NCBI GenBank assembly: GCA_964598845.1
Contig: CAZRDM010000005.1
Span: forward strand, 32,765 to 96,764
DNA from: an uncultured Candidatus Bathyarchaeia archaeon
GTDB taxonomy: Archaea; Thermoproteota; Bathyarchaeia; 40CM-2-53-6
Length of the DNA: 64,000 nt
Direction of reading: 5' to 3'
Shown: one piece after another, positions 1-10,035 of the stretch
Layout: every line of letters starts with the position of its first letter
How positions within the stretch are numbered: the first letter of the stretch is position 1
Notes under the pieces: model-generated
Told to the model about the DNA's origin: nothing
Database searches by the model: none
What the model saw: the letters and a program-made list of their open reading frames with translations, nothing else
Made by a program: the position numbers and the translations under genes

Positions 1-1484
1 TGAACTTTGATGACAAGATGAACATTGTCCCAGACCTAGCGACGGCTGCAGAATTCGACGGCACATCGATAGTCGTTCATTACTCGGAGGATGCGAAGTT
101 CTCAAATGGAAACCCAATCACCGCCGAGGCCCTAAGGGATGCGATGGAGAGATACCGTACACTGAGCCCCTATGGTTCGGACTACGACACAGTCAAGGAA
201 GTCGAGATCGTTGACGAACACACCGCAAGGATTGTACTAACGCAGCCGTCCACCTATGTATGGTTGAATGACATACCCGTCGTCTACGGAGCTATCGTAG
301 ATGCTAAGGCGGCCAAGGATGTCGGTGATGCGGAGTTCGGCCTGAAACCTGTGGGGTCCGGTCCATACAAGGTTAAGGAGTGGATTCAAGGTTCACAAGT
401 TGTCCTAGAGAGAAATGATCTCTACAAGACGAATCTACCATTCGTGGAGAACAAAGGTCCGAACACATACATCGACGAAGTAATTATTCGGTTCATTCCG
501 GAGGACGTAACAAGGCTCAGTGAGATCGAAGCAGGCACCGTCGACATAGTGAGAGGAGTTCCGGTTGACGCAGTTGCAAAGCTGAAGACAGATCCGAACG
601 TGGTGATGTACGAGTCTCTTACTCCAGGGGTCGAATACATAATGATCAACATGAAGAAGCCTCCACTAGACGATGTGAGAATACGTCAGGCATTCAACTA
701 TGCAGTGGACAGAGACGAGATAGCGATGACGCTCGAGGGAACAGTCTTGCCATGCCATGTCTATATGTCTCCGTCGCACCTCGGTTACAGCGACTCACAG
801 GAAGAGTTGGGGAAGAACACATATCCCTACAACCCTGACAAGGCAAAGAGCCTGCTCGCAGAAGCGGGTTGGACAGACACCAATAACGATGGAATAGTCG
901 ACAAGGACGGTCAGCCCCTGTCGTTTAGCCTGATGATTCCTATCGATGAGCCGCGAGAGAAGAGGATAGGCCCACTACTACAATCACAGTTCGCAAAGGT
1001 CGGAATACGCGTAGAGATAAGAGAGTTCGACTACCGCTACATCAGGGACCAAACGAGGCATTGGAACTTCGAGCTGGCCGGAAGGTTCTATTCTTGGCAT
1101 GATCCCGCGGGCATTCTCCCATACCTCCTACACAGCGAGTATGGAAATTACACATACAGCAATCCTGAGGTTGACAAGCTCCTTGAAGAGGACTTCTTAG
1201 GGGCGTTAGATACGCCAGCCAAGACCGAACTCTACATGAAGCTTACGAAGATGTGGTTAGATGATGCGCCTTGGGTTCCGTTGTTTGTGAACAGAGAATA
1301 CACAGCTGTAAGGAAGGATGTTCAAGGGCTCCATGTTATGCCACCGTTCGCAACGCTCTTCATCCAAGACGCCAGAGTAATTGCTCCAACCGGACAGCAG
1401 ATTTCCCCTTGGGCATCTTTGCTCATGAACATGGTCTTGTTCGCGAACTTGGCGTACGTGACGGGAAGGAAGGATGATTCTTAG
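1..1484 (+). CDS. ABC transporter substrate-binding protein, family 5 (oligopeptide/dipeptide/nickel type), 5'-truncated at window edge
   Basis: ORF 18..1484; the frame stays open back to nt 3 (NFDDKMNIVPDLA, the characteristic SBP_bac_5 'PDLAesw' region), so the gene starts upstream of the window. It is followed by permease and ATPase genes. Confidence 0.85.
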   Translation, partial: NFDDKMNIVPDLATAAEFDGTSIVVHYSEDAKFSNGNPITAEALRDAMERYRTLSPYGSDYDTVKEVEIVDEHTARIVLTQPSTYVWLNDIPVVYGAIVDAKAAKDVGDAEFGLKPVGSGPYKVKEWIQGSQVVLERNDLYKTNLPFVENKGPNTYIDEVIIRFIPEDVTRLSEIEAGTVDIVRGVPVDAVAKLKTDPNVVMYESLTPGVEYIMINMKKPPLDDVRIRQAFNYAVDRDEIAMTLEGTVLPCHVYMSPSHLGYSDSQEELGKNTYPYNPDKAKSLLAEAGWTDTNNDGIVDKDGQPLSFSLMIPIDEPREKRIGPLLQSQFAKVGIRVEIREFDYRYIRDQTRHWNFELAGRFYSWHDPAGILPYLLHSEYGNYTYSNPEVDKLLEEDFLGALDTPAKTELYMKLTKMWLDDAPWVPLFVNREYTAVRKDVQGLHVMPPFATLFIQDARVIAPTGQQISPWASLLMNMVLFANLAYVTGRKDDS

Positions 1485-1499
1485 CCGGCAGGGCATGAA

Positions 1500-2444
1500 A
1501 TGGGTGCTTTGGCGCGGTACGCCTTCAAGAAGGTCTTGATCGGCATACCTGTCGTTGTCTTCGTAACTCTCCTCCTTTTTTTGATAATGAAGCAGGTCCC
1601 CGGCGATCCAATAAGGATGATTGCCGGTGAAAGAGTTACCCAAGAGAGGATAGATGAACTCAGAAAAAGTTGGGGTCTAGATCAGCCGGTCTACATTCAG
1701 TACTTCTACTGGTTCGCCAAGGTGATGACCGGCGACTTTGGCTATTCATACGTGACCCGACAACCAGTCTCCTATCTGGTATGGGCTAGGTTGCCGTACA
1801 CATTAGAACTGACCTTTCCCGCTCTTGTACTCTCATACGTTTTTGGCGTCCCATTGGGAGTGATAGCAGCCCTAGGAAGAGGGAAGTCTAGAGACTACGT
1901 AACCATGGGTATATCGAGCTTCTTCTACTCCATGCCTACTTATTGGCTCGGGCTTATGCTCATGCTCGTGTTCGGACTCTATCTCAGGTGGTTTCCAATA
2001 TCGGGCTCAACGTCAGGTTTCGAATCGCTGGTCCTGCCGATGCTGACGTTTACGTTGCCTTTCATCGCATTCTCTGCTAGGATCGCGAGAACCGAGATGT
2101 TAGAGGTCTTAGGCGAGGATTACGTTAGAACTGCGTGGGCCAAAGGACTCCCATCGACCAGAGTCATATTGAGGCATGCCTTGAGAAACGCCCTGATACC
2201 GGTTACAGTGATGTTCTTTCTCGATCTGCCATGGATCATCGGTGGAGCAGTGATAGTCGAGACGGTCTTTTCTTGGCCTGGAATGGGGAGCCTCCTCTAC
2301 AAATCCATACTTCGCCTAGACTATCCAGTTATCCAAGGCGTAGTTTTCATCATAGCGATTCTCATCGTGATATGCAACATTACGGGGGATATCGTCTCAG
2401 CCACTTTGGATCCCAGAATACGCGTAGAACCAGAGAAAGCATGA
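1500..2444 (+). CDS. ABC transporter permease (DppB/OppB family)
   Basis: 314 aa polytopic membrane protein with a BPD_transp_1-like core, second gene of the operon. Confidence 0.85.
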   Translation: MGALARYAFKKVLIGIPVVVFVTLLLFLIMKQVPGDPIRMIAGERVTQERIDELRKSWGLDQPVYIQYFYWFAKVMTGDFGYSYVTRQPVSYLVWARLPYTLELTFPALVLSYVFGVPLGVIAALGRGKSRDYVTMGISSFFYSMPTYWLGLMLMLVFGLYLRWFPISGSTSGFESLVLPMLTFTLPFIAFSARIARTEMLEVLGEDYVRTAWAKGLPSTRVILRHALRNALIPVTVMFFLDLPWIIGGAVIVETVFSWPGMGSLLYKSILRLDYPVIQGVVFIIAILIVICNITGDIVSATLDPRIRVEPEKA

Positions 2445-2456
2445 GTCGGGCGAGCA

Positions 2457-3305
2457 ATGCTTGCTCTAAAGTCATTCAAGGAAACTCTGCTGCGGCTCTT
2501 GCAGCATAGAACCTCGTTCGCGGGTTTGCTGATAGTTCTTACCATAGTTGTGCTCGCCATCGGAGCCTCTGTAATTGCACCTAGGGGCTACGCGGAAACA
2601 GACCCGGTTAACAGGCTACTGCCGCCTTCCGGTCAATATTTCTTCGGCACCGATGTGCTCGGAAGGGATCTCTTCAGTCGAATTGTTTACGGCGCTCGAA
2701 TTGCGCTCTGGGTAGGATTGTTAGTAACCTTCATTGAAGCATTAATGGGTGTAACACTCGGGATCGCGGCTGGCTACTACAGCGGCATCGTGGATAAGGC
2801 GATCTCGGCCGTCACGGACATGGTATGGGCCTTTCCACCTGTCGTGTTGGCTCTCGGCGTTGTGACAGTGATTGGACCTGGGCTGACTCAAGTTGTTGTG
2901 GCAATTGCAGCTACAAGTTGGCCTGCATTCACGAGGATATGCAGAGCCAAGGTGCAGTCTCTAGTTAACAGAGAATTCGTTCTAGCCGCCCGAGCGATCG
3001 GAGAGACCGATTCAAGCATAATGGCCAGATATCTGCTACCGAACCTTATGCCCTCGATCCTTGTCGTCTCAACGCTGGTTCTACCTTCCGCAATCCTGTA
3101 TACAACTGCACTAAGCTTCCTCGGTTTCGGGGCCCAACCACCAACCCCCGATTGGGGTGCTATTCTCGCTGACGGAGCAGCCCAGCTGAGAATAGCGCCT
3201 TGGATCGCCACTTTCCCAGGGGTATTCATAGTCATCACTGCGCTCGGGTTCAATCTACTAGGGGACGGCCTCAGAGATATCTTGGACCCGAAGCTTAGGA
3301 TCTAG
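2457..3305 (+). CDS. ABC transporter permease (DppC/OppC family)
   Basis: 282 aa membrane protein, third gene of the operon, typical OppC-like C-terminal region. Confidence 0.85.
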   Translation: MLALKSFKETLLRLLQHRTSFAGLLIVLTIVVLAIGASVIAPRGYAETDPVNRLLPPSGQYFFGTDVLGRDLFSRIVYGARIALWVGLLVTFIEALMGVTLGIAAGYYSGIVDKAISAVTDMVWAFPPVVLALGVVTVIGPGLTQVVVAIAATSWPAFTRICRAKVQSLVNREFVLAARAIGETDSSIMARYLLPNLMPSILVVSTLVLPSAILYTTALSFLGFGAQPPTPDWGAILADGAAQLRIAPWIATFPGVFIVITALGFNLLGDGLRDILDPKLRI

Positions 3306-3319
3306 AAGCATGTGATCTC

Positions 3320-4288
3320 ATGGCTACGCCCATACTGTCGGTAGAAGGGTTGAGAACATACTTCTACCTGAGCGGCGGCGTCGTAAAAGCGGTAGACGGA
3401 GTAAGCTTCACCGTAAACGAGGACGAAGTCTTCTGCCTCGTCGGCGAGACAGGGTGCGGAAAAAGCGTCACCTCACTCTCTATAATGAGATTGATTGACC
3501 ATCCGGGCATAATCGAAGAAGGAAGAGTCCTGTACAAGGGAAAAGACCTGCTCAAACTACCTGAAAGTGAGATGCGAAAAATCCGCGGAAGAGAAATCGC
3601 TATGGTATTTCAGAACCCCATGAGATCGCTGAACCCGGTCTTTACCATAGGCGATCAAATCGCCGAGGCTCCAATGACCCACTTCGATGTTCCAAGCCGC
3701 GACGCCTGGAAAACAGCAATCGAGTTCATTGCAAAAGTTAAGATGCCTGATCCTGAAGTGCGGGCAAAATCCTATCCTCACGTACTTAGTGGGGGGATGA
3801 GACAGAGATCAATGATTGCCATGATGATCTCCTGTGAACCGTCTCTCCTGATAGCGGATGAACCCACAACCGCCGTTGACGTTACCATTCAAGCTCAACT
3901 CATGGATCTGCTGTTGGAGATCAAGAAAAGACGCAAGATGTCTATGATGCTCATAACTCACAACTTCGGCTTAGTGGCTGAAACAGGTGACAGAGCGGCA
4001 GTAATGTATTGCGGAAAAGTTGTCGAAATCGGATCGGTTGCGGACATCTTCCGCGAACCTCTGCACCCGTACACTCAAGGATTGATGAACTGCCTTCCGA
4101 TAGGGACTCAACGCAAGAAGGAGCTGGAGGTCATTCCGGGGACTCTTGCAAGTCCTGTCAATCCTCCTGAAGGCTGTAGGTTTGCTCCACGATGCGGATT
4201 CGCGATGGGCGAGTGCAAGCTCCATGAACCGCCTCTTACTGCCGGTGGAAAGGACCGCTTTGTGGCATGTCATCTTTACAGGAGCTAG
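3320..4288 (+). CDS. ABC transporter ATP-binding protein (OppD/DppD-like)
   Basis: Walker A GETGCGKS, signature LSGGMRQR, and a C-terminal oligopeptide-ABC extension with Cys motif. Confidence 0.9.
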   Translation: MATPILSVEGLRTYFYLSGGVVKAVDGVSFTVNEDEVFCLVGETGCGKSVTSLSIMRLIDHPGIIEEGRVLYKGKDLLKLPESEMRKIRGREIAMVFQNPMRSLNPVFTIGDQIAEAPMTHFDVPSRDAWKTAIEFIAKVKMPDPEVRAKSYPHVLSGGMRQRSMIAMMISCEPSLLIADEPTTAVDVTIQAQLMDLLLEIKKRRKMSMMLITHNFGLVAETGDRAAVMYCGKVVEIGSVADIFREPLHPYTQGLMNCLPIGTQRKKELEVIPGTLASPVNPPEGCRFAPRCGFAMGECKLHEPPLTAGGKDRFVACHLYRS

Positions 4289-4291
4289 ACC

Positions 4292-5365
4292 TTGGAAGAA
4301 GCTCTACTGAGGGTTGAAGAACTCACAAAGTACTTCCCTGTCAAGAGGGGATTTCTCGGGGAAATCGCCCACGTGCACGCAGTAGATGGTGTAAGCCTTC
4401 ACGTAACCAAGGGGGAAACATTAGCTGTTGTTGGTGAATCGGGATCTGGGAAGACCACTCTCGGATTGATGGTCCTGAGACTTGTCAAGCCTACTTCAGG
4501 TAAGATATACTTCAACGGTACCGAAACTGCAGGAATGAGTGAGCGGCATTTCAAGAAGCTTAGGAGACGGATGGGAATAGTCTTTCAGGATCCATCCGCA
4601 TCACTGAATCCACGAATGACCATCAAACAAACATTGACGAGGCCGCTCGTTCTTCATGGCATCAAGAATGAGAGCGAGATCGACACCAGAATCACAGATA
4701 TTTTAGAAAAGGTTGGGCTTGGAAAGGAACACTCTGATAGGTATCCTCACGAGATCAGCGGCGGACAGCAACAGAGAGTAGCCGCCGCTCGAGCCATAAT
4801 TCTTAATCCAGAGTTAGTTATCCTAGATGAACCAACTTCTTCGTTGGATGTTTCTGTTCAAGCCCAAATACTGAACCTGTTGTTTAGACTTCAAAGTGAA
4901 TTCAACCTGACCTACCTACTTATCTCACATGACATTGTGATGGTCAGGCACGTAAGCGATAGGATCGCGGTAATGTACTTGGGCAAGGTCGTTGAAGTCG
5001 CAGATACGGACGAATTGTTCAGCAACACTGTTCATCCATACACAGCCGCACTACTGTCGGCTGTCCCGATACCTCGACCAAAAAGTGAGGGCGCCAAGCG
5101 CGTTATCGTAGGCGGTGAGCCTCCAAGTCCGATCAACCCTCCAAAGGGATGCAGATTTCACCCCAGGTGCACCTACGCTGTCGAGAAGTGTCGGATCGAA
5201 GAGCCGAGACTTTCGCTAATGGGGAATGGTCATCTTGCAGCTTGCCATCGAGCTGAAGAGATTGACGTTTCAAGTTACGCGAAGGAACTCTGGAGAATCA
5301 TTGAGGAGAAAGGCTCCCATGAGTCACGAAGAGAGCTTATCGAACGGGCTGAAGGCAAAGTATAA
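4292..5365 (+). CDS. ABC transporter ATP-binding protein (OppF/DppF-like)
   Basis: Walker A GESGSGKTT, signature ISGGQQQRVA, and a C-terminal CRFHPRC motif. Confidence 0.9.
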   Translation: MEEALLRVEELTKYFPVKRGFLGEIAHVHAVDGVSLHVTKGETLAVVGESGSGKTTLGLMVLRLVKPTSGKIYFNGTETAGMSERHFKKLRRRMGIVFQDPSASLNPRMTIKQTLTRPLVLHGIKNESEIDTRITDILEKVGLGKEHSDRYPHEISGGQQQRVAAARAIILNPELVILDEPTSSLDVSVQAQILNLLFRLQSEFNLTYLLISHDIVMVRHVSDRIAVMYLGKVVEVADTDELFSNTVHPYTAALLSAVPIPRPKSEGAKRVIVGGEPPSPINPPKGCRFHPRCTYAVEKCRIEEPRLSLMGNGHLAACHRAEEIDVSSYAKELWRIIEEKGSHESRRELIERAEGKV

Positions 5366-7004
5366 CGTAGCAATTCCGATGAGGGATGGCGTGCGTCTTT
5401 CTGCTGACGTTTATCTACCCGATAAGGACGGAAGATATCCAGTTGTCCTAACGAGAACATACTACGGCAAGTGCAACAGGGATCTGACCGAGAAAGAGAT
5501 GGGGGAATTCGTTCGCTATTTTGTCGAACGGGGATACGTCGTAGTAATCCAGGACTGTCGGGGCAGATACGACTCAGAGGGGCAATTCTACATTGAGCTT
5601 TACGACTTCGACGATGGATACGATACTGTCGAGTGGTGTGCAACACAGGAATGGTCAAACGGAAAAGTCGGCATGTTCGGTTGCTCCTATCCGGGTTGCG
5701 TCCAGCTGTCAGCCGCGATCTCGGGAAACGATCACCTGAAGTGCATTGTCCCTAGGGATGCAACATCAGATGACTACTTCAACGGAGGTTTCATGCACGG
5801 AGGCGTGATGCAAGGATGGCTAGGATGGTGTGTTCACACCGCCGGACGCGCATCGAGGGAGGGAATCAGAAAGAATACGAGATGGGACAAAGTCTACAGA
5901 GAACTTCCCTTGATTGACCTCGACGAACGCTTAGGATTCAATTTCCCTTGGTGGAAAGACTACCTTAAGCATCCATGTTACGATGAATACTGGGAGCGAT
6001 TCAGCTACGAGAAGAAACATGACCAAATATCCACGGCATCATTGAACATAGGCGGTTGGTACTCGGTTTCTGATATTGATGGCACGATCAGAAACTTCCT
6101 AGGGCTCACTCAGAATGGCAAGAAACTGCCCTTGGGAACTCACCACAAGCTAGTGATCGGCCCATGGCCCCACTGTGAGACTGCGCGGTCCTGCGGTGAG
6201 CTTGACTTCGGAGAGCAAGCTCAGCTCGATTTGAAAGAGATTCACCTTCGATGGTACGAGTACTGGCTGAAGGGAAGTGACACCGACTTCATGAGGGAAC
6301 CACCTGTCAAGTACTTTTTGATGGGTGCCAACCGATGGTGCGCAGCGGGGTCTTGGCCTCCAGAGGCCGTCTCATACGTGCGCTATTACTTGCACAGCAA
6401 TGGGAGGGCAAACAGTCTGCTAGGGGATGGCTTGTTGAATACTTCCCGTCCTGATGAGGAGAAATATGACCAGTTCACTTATGACCCTGAAAATCCTGTT
6501 CCGTTCGCAATTCAAGAGCATGAGCAGCTAATCCTCGATCAAAGGGTTGTGGAGCGTAGGGACGATGTCTTGGTTTACACCACGCCTCCAGTCAATGATG
6601 ATGTAGCCGTTGTGGGCCCGATCCGTGCCAAAATATTTGCTTCATCATCAGCAGTGGACACAGATTTCGTCGCCAAACTCATCGACGTCAATCCCAACGA
6701 TATGGCGATATTCCTCACGATAGGCATCGTCAGAGCTCGATATCGAAACTCCTTTGAGAAACCTACTCTTATGGAGCCTGGAGCAGTTTACGAGTTCAAT
6801 GTTGACATGTCCAACACGGCAAACCAGTTCAAGAAGGCGCATCGAATACGACTCGAAGTCTCAAGCAGCGCCTTCCCATATTTCCTCAAAAACCAGAATA
6901 CAGGAAAGGACATTGGAACTGATACCGGAAGCATAGTGGCGCGGCAGACCGTCTACCACAACCAGAGCTTCCAATCCTACCTAGAACTTCCAATCCTGAA
7001 ATAA
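5319..7004 (+). CDS. CocE/NonD family hydrolase (S15 X-Pro dipeptidyl-peptidase-like alpha/beta hydrolase)
   Basis: The N-terminal region MRDGVRLSADVYLPDKDGRYPVVLTRTYYGK is typical of CocE/NonD. The ORF-track start at 5226 is likely an artefactual extension; the internal ATG at 5319 (MSHEES) is preferred and overlaps the OppF 3' end. Confidence 0.8.
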   Translation: MSHEESLSNGLKAKYNVAIPMRDGVRLSADVYLPDKDGRYPVVLTRTYYGKCNRDLTEKEMGEFVRYFVERGYVVVIQDCRGRYDSEGQFYIELYDFDDGYDTVEWCATQEWSNGKVGMFGCSYPGCVQLSAAISGNDHLKCIVPRDATSDDYFNGGFMHGGVMQGWLGWCVHTAGRASREGIRKNTRWDKVYRELPLIDLDERLGFNFPWWKDYLKHPCYDEYWERFSYEKKHDQISTASLNIGGWYSVSDIDGTIRNFLGLTQNGKKLPLGTHHKLVIGPWPHCETARSCGELDFGEQAQLDLKEIHLRWYEYWLKGSDTDFMREPPVKYFLMGANRWCAAGSWPPEAVSYVRYYLHSNGRANSLLGDGLLNTSRPDEEKYDQFTYDPENPVPFAIQEHEQLILDQRVVERRDDVLVYTTPPVNDDVAVVGPIRAKIFASSSAVDTDFVAKLIDVNPNDMAIFLTIGIVRARYRNSFEKPTLMEPGAVYEFNVDMSNTANQFKKAHRIRLEVSSSAFPYFLKNQNTGKDIGTDTGSIVARQTVYHNQSFQSYLELPILK

Positions 7005-7063
7005 ACAGTGGCCAGGACGTGAGAATGAAGTCGTTCTTGCGCTTTCTCCACCAATACGGCCGG

Positions 7064-7810
7064 CTAGAACATCGCTTCCCCGCCGTTGACGTGAATCGTC
7101 TGTCCGGTGATGAAGCTGGCTAGGTCTGAAGCAAGGAAGACGGTTGTATAGGCAATATCCTCAGGCCGGCCGATCCTTCGAAGGGGAATCAATTCGAGGC
7201 CTTTCTTCCTGTCCTCTGCCGTCATACCTGATGTCATGTCAGTCTCGATCCAGCCTGGCGCGATCGCATTCACAGTAACACCGTACTGCGCCAGCTCCAA
7301 CGCGAGTGATTTCGTTAACCCGATCAATGCGGCTTTGGAGGCCGCGTAGTGTGCTTCATGGTCGGTTCCGGTGAAGCCTACGATCGAGGAGATGTTGATG
7401 ATGCGGCCCCACTTCTTCGCCCTCATTTCAGGGTTGAACGCCTTTGTGCACAGGAAGACTCCGTCAAGGTTCACGCTCAGCACGCGTTTCCATTCGCCCA
7501 GATCCATCTCCCACGACTTGAGGTGGTGATGCGTCCCGGCGTTATTGACCAGTATGTCAACACCAGCAAACTTTTCCAAGGTGAGCTTCCGCATTCTCTC
7601 AACTTCGCTTGGACTGGAGACATCAGCCTTGACGACCAGTGCTTCCCTGCCATACTGTGAAATGCCGCGAGCAACCTCGTTGGCTTTCTCCTCTGAGTGA
7701 AGATAATTGACGACGACATTCGCACCTTCCTGTGCCATCCCAAGGGCAATTGCTCTTCCGATTCCTCTTGAGGCTCCTGTGACAAGTGCGACTTTCTTCG
7801 TGAGCAACAT
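7064..7810 (-). CDS. SDR family oxidoreductase (3-oxoacyl-ACP reductase FabG-like)
   Basis: TGASRGIGRAIA glycine-rich NAD(P)-binding motif, NNAG motif, YxxxK catalytic motif (YAASKAA). Confidence 0.8.
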   Translation of the reverse strand: MLLTKKVALVTGASRGIGRAIALGMAQEGANVVVNYLHSEEKANEVARGISQYGREALVVKADVSSPSEVERMRKLTLEKFAGVDILVNNAGTHHHLKSWEMDLGEWKRVLSVNLDGVFLCTKAFNPEMRAKKWGRIINISSIVGFTGTDHEAHYAASKAALIGLTKSLALELAQYGVTVNAIAPGWIETDMTSGMTAEDRKKGLELIPLRRIGRPEDIAYTTVFLASDLASFITGQTIHVNGGEAMF

Positions 7811-7951
7811 CCCACGTCGCCAGCCTCAAGGGGCTGATCGACTTGGTTATATCCTTTCGAGAAGGGCTCCGTGATTACCATTGAGGGCTTTTGTTCGTTG
7901 GCGACAAATCTTTTTCTAGCGACGAGACTCCATTAATCTAGGTTTCTTAGT

Positions 7952-8650
7952 ATGACGAGGAAGCTCTTCTGGGAAGATGCGTACATCAAGGAGTTTGATG
8001 CGACGGTCGCTTCCGTTGGTGGCAACCAAATCATCCTCGACCAGACTGCATTTCACCCTCGCGGGGGAGGCTTAGTGGGGGATACGGGCTCGCTGGGTGC
8101 GGTGAAGGTTCTCGACACCATCAAGGGAGAGGGTGATTCCATTGTGCACTTTCTGGAAACGCCTATCACTTGGAGCGTTGGGAGCCCGGTTCATGGAGTC
8201 CTCGATTGGGACAGAAGGCATAGGATAATGAGAATGCATACGGCGGCACACCTCCTCAGCGCCATCTTTCACGGGGAGACGGGCGCGCTCATCACAGGAA
8301 ACCAGATAGAACCTGACAAGTCGAGAATAGACTTCAGCCTGGAGGATTTCGATAGAGAAAGGATGCTGACCTACTGCAGCCAGGCGAATGAGGCGATCGC
8401 CAAGAATCCCCCTGTGAAGACGTATTTCATGAAAAGAGAGGAAGCGCTCCAGATCCCTGGTATTACGAAACTTGCTGCGGCAACGCCACCCGACGTGAAA
8501 GACCTACGCATAGTGGAGATCGAGGGACTGGATATGCAGGCCGACGGGGGTGTACATGTCAAGAATCTCGGTGAGATACAGAAGATAGAGCCACTGAAGT
8601 TCGAAAATAAGGGCAAGATCAACAGAAGACTGTACTTCACGATTCGCTGA
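7952..8650 (+). CDS. AlaX-type alanyl-tRNA editing (tRNA synthetase second additional domain) protein
   Basis: N-terminal LFWEDAYxxEFxAxV...LDxTxFHPxGGG, HxxxH zinc motif (HTAAHLL), and a C-terminal GGxHV motif. Confidence 0.75.
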   Translation: MTRKLFWEDAYIKEFDATVASVGGNQIILDQTAFHPRGGGLVGDTGSLGAVKVLDTIKGEGDSIVHFLETPITWSVGSPVHGVLDWDRRHRIMRMHTAAHLLSAIFHGETGALITGNQIEPDKSRIDFSLEDFDRERMLTYCSQANEAIAKNPPVKTYFMKREEALQIPGITKLAAATPPDVKDLRIVEIEGLDMQADGGVHVKNLGEIQKIEPLKFENKGKINRRLYFTIR

Positions 8651-9821
8651 ATTCGGATTCTCGAATGCGAGATTCCGTTGAGTCAGGGGGAGAAAGGGCC
8701 GGCCCTAACCCGATGAGCAAGACCATCAACGCTCCAAATAGGGCTGCAACCCAGAAAGTTAGGATAACATTTGATAATACAGCGATTATTCCCGCTAGGA
8801 GAGGTCCAACTGCGAATCCGATACCGAACAAGGTTTCGTAGGAGCCTACAGCGACGCCTAGTCTTCGGTCGTCGAAGTAACGTGAAATGAGACTTATCGT
8901 TACTGGAAAGATGACTCCGAGACCTCCTCCGATTACCACCAGCGCCATGAAGAATGTTCCAAAGTTGGGAACCGTCGCTATGGCCAACATCCCGGCAGCT
9001 AAAGTGCCTGAGGCAAAGGAGAGTACTTTCTTCTCGCCAACTCTCACAAATCGTCCAGATGCTGCATAGACAAACACCCTTGATATTCCGAAGGCAGTAA
9101 ACAGAAGCCCGATCATCTCTGGAACGACACCAACCGAGTTGGCGTAGCCTGGAAATATTGCCACGACAACGCTGAGTATGATGCCATAGCAGAACGAGAT
9201 CATGTACCAAGGCAGCAGTATCCGAATCGTTGAAAGGCTTCCTGAGAAATCCTTCGGCGCCGCTGTTTTCCGCTGGTATCCCGGGACCAACCATAGAAGA
9301 TCCGGTACAATCGCGAACGCGATAAGCATGGCTGAAGCGAAGAAGAGCCATACGAAACCAGACCGTTGAACTACGACCCCTCCGATTGAAGGGCCGAGTA
9401 GAAAACCGGACGCCCATGCGACGCTATACCACCCCATCTCCCTAACGCGCTCGTCTAACGGAGTAAGATCAGCCACCAATATCTCTGAGGAGGGCCAGAA
9501 GATGCCATATGCGAATCCTCCCAATAATCGCGAGAGTATAACATCGCGAACCGAAACTGAGAAAATCAGGGCTAGCGCCGCAAGTATGTTGATCGCTAGC
9601 CCTAAAGTGAAGAGCCAAGCACGATTGAATCTATCCGCCAGATACGCAACGAGCATCGGAGTTATGGCGTAAGCCAAGGCGCCAGCTGTGCCGATGAGAC
9701 CTAGATCAAGAAATGTGGCACCGAGCGTCTGCGCAAAGACCGGAATGAAGTATGTGTACATGCCCAAACCAAGCGACGCGATGAACACGGATCCGTACAA
9801 GTGTACTCGCTGTTGATTCAA
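8637..9821 (-). CDS. MFS transporter
   Basis: 394 aa, about 12 predicted TM segments, and a DRFNR-like loop motif between TM2 and TM3. Confidence 0.8.
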   Translation of the reverse strand: MNQQRVHLYGSVFIASLGLGMYTYFIPVFAQTLGATFLDLGLIGTAGALAYAITPMLVAYLADRFNRAWLFTLGLAINILAALALIFSVSVRDVILSRLLGGFAYGIFWPSSEILVADLTPLDERVREMGWYSVAWASGFLLGPSIGGVVVQRSGFVWLFFASAMLIAFAIVPDLLWLVPGYQRKTAAPKDFSGSLSTIRILLPWYMISFCYGIILSVVVAIFPGYANSVGVVPEMIGLLFTAFGISRVFVYAASGRFVRVGEKKVLSFASGTLAAGMLAIATVPNFGTFFMALVVIGGGLGVIFPVTISLISRYFDDRRLGVAVGSYETLFGIGFAVGPLLAGIIAVLSNVILTFWVAALFGALMVLLIGLGPALSPPDSTESRIRESEFSES

Positions 9822-10035
9822 TGATTGACCTCCTGGGATCTCATAGAGTCATTGCGACTTTCACCGGGTGAAAGAGGACGCGTTGCCGGCTCATGTCGCA
9901 TAGTCATGCCTTGTGAGGACACCAGTATCAGACTATGAAGTTTATGCGCGATTTGAAGATCGGCGCAGACTGAGTTCTCTGGATGAACAAAAACCAGAAT
10001 AGGACCATCGAGACCGTTTTCCCAGGGACGTTTCC

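Noticed and set aside
5226-5318. Long N-terminal extensions in the ORF track (5226 for the CocE/NonD gene, 14375 for the SDR, 27896 for the LLM, 58894 for IMPDH, 39195 for ftr, 32258 for mch)
   Set aside because: The ORF caller takes the longest ATG/GTG/TTG-initiated frame. Alignment to family N-termini and the ATGA start/stop overlaps favour internal starts, so the extensions are not treated as real protein sequence.
8683-9417. Large antisense or alternative-frame ORFs embedded in genes. Examples are 8683..9417 inside the MFS gene, 17405..17872 inside AOR, 14498..15016 inside the SDR, and 39519..39962 and 39680..39955 inside ftr.
   Set aside because: They lie fully inside well-supported family-matched genes on the opposite strand or in another frame. 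They have low-complexity or Arg/Ser-rich composition and no recognisable domains, which is typical of spurious ORFs in genomes with about 50% GC.
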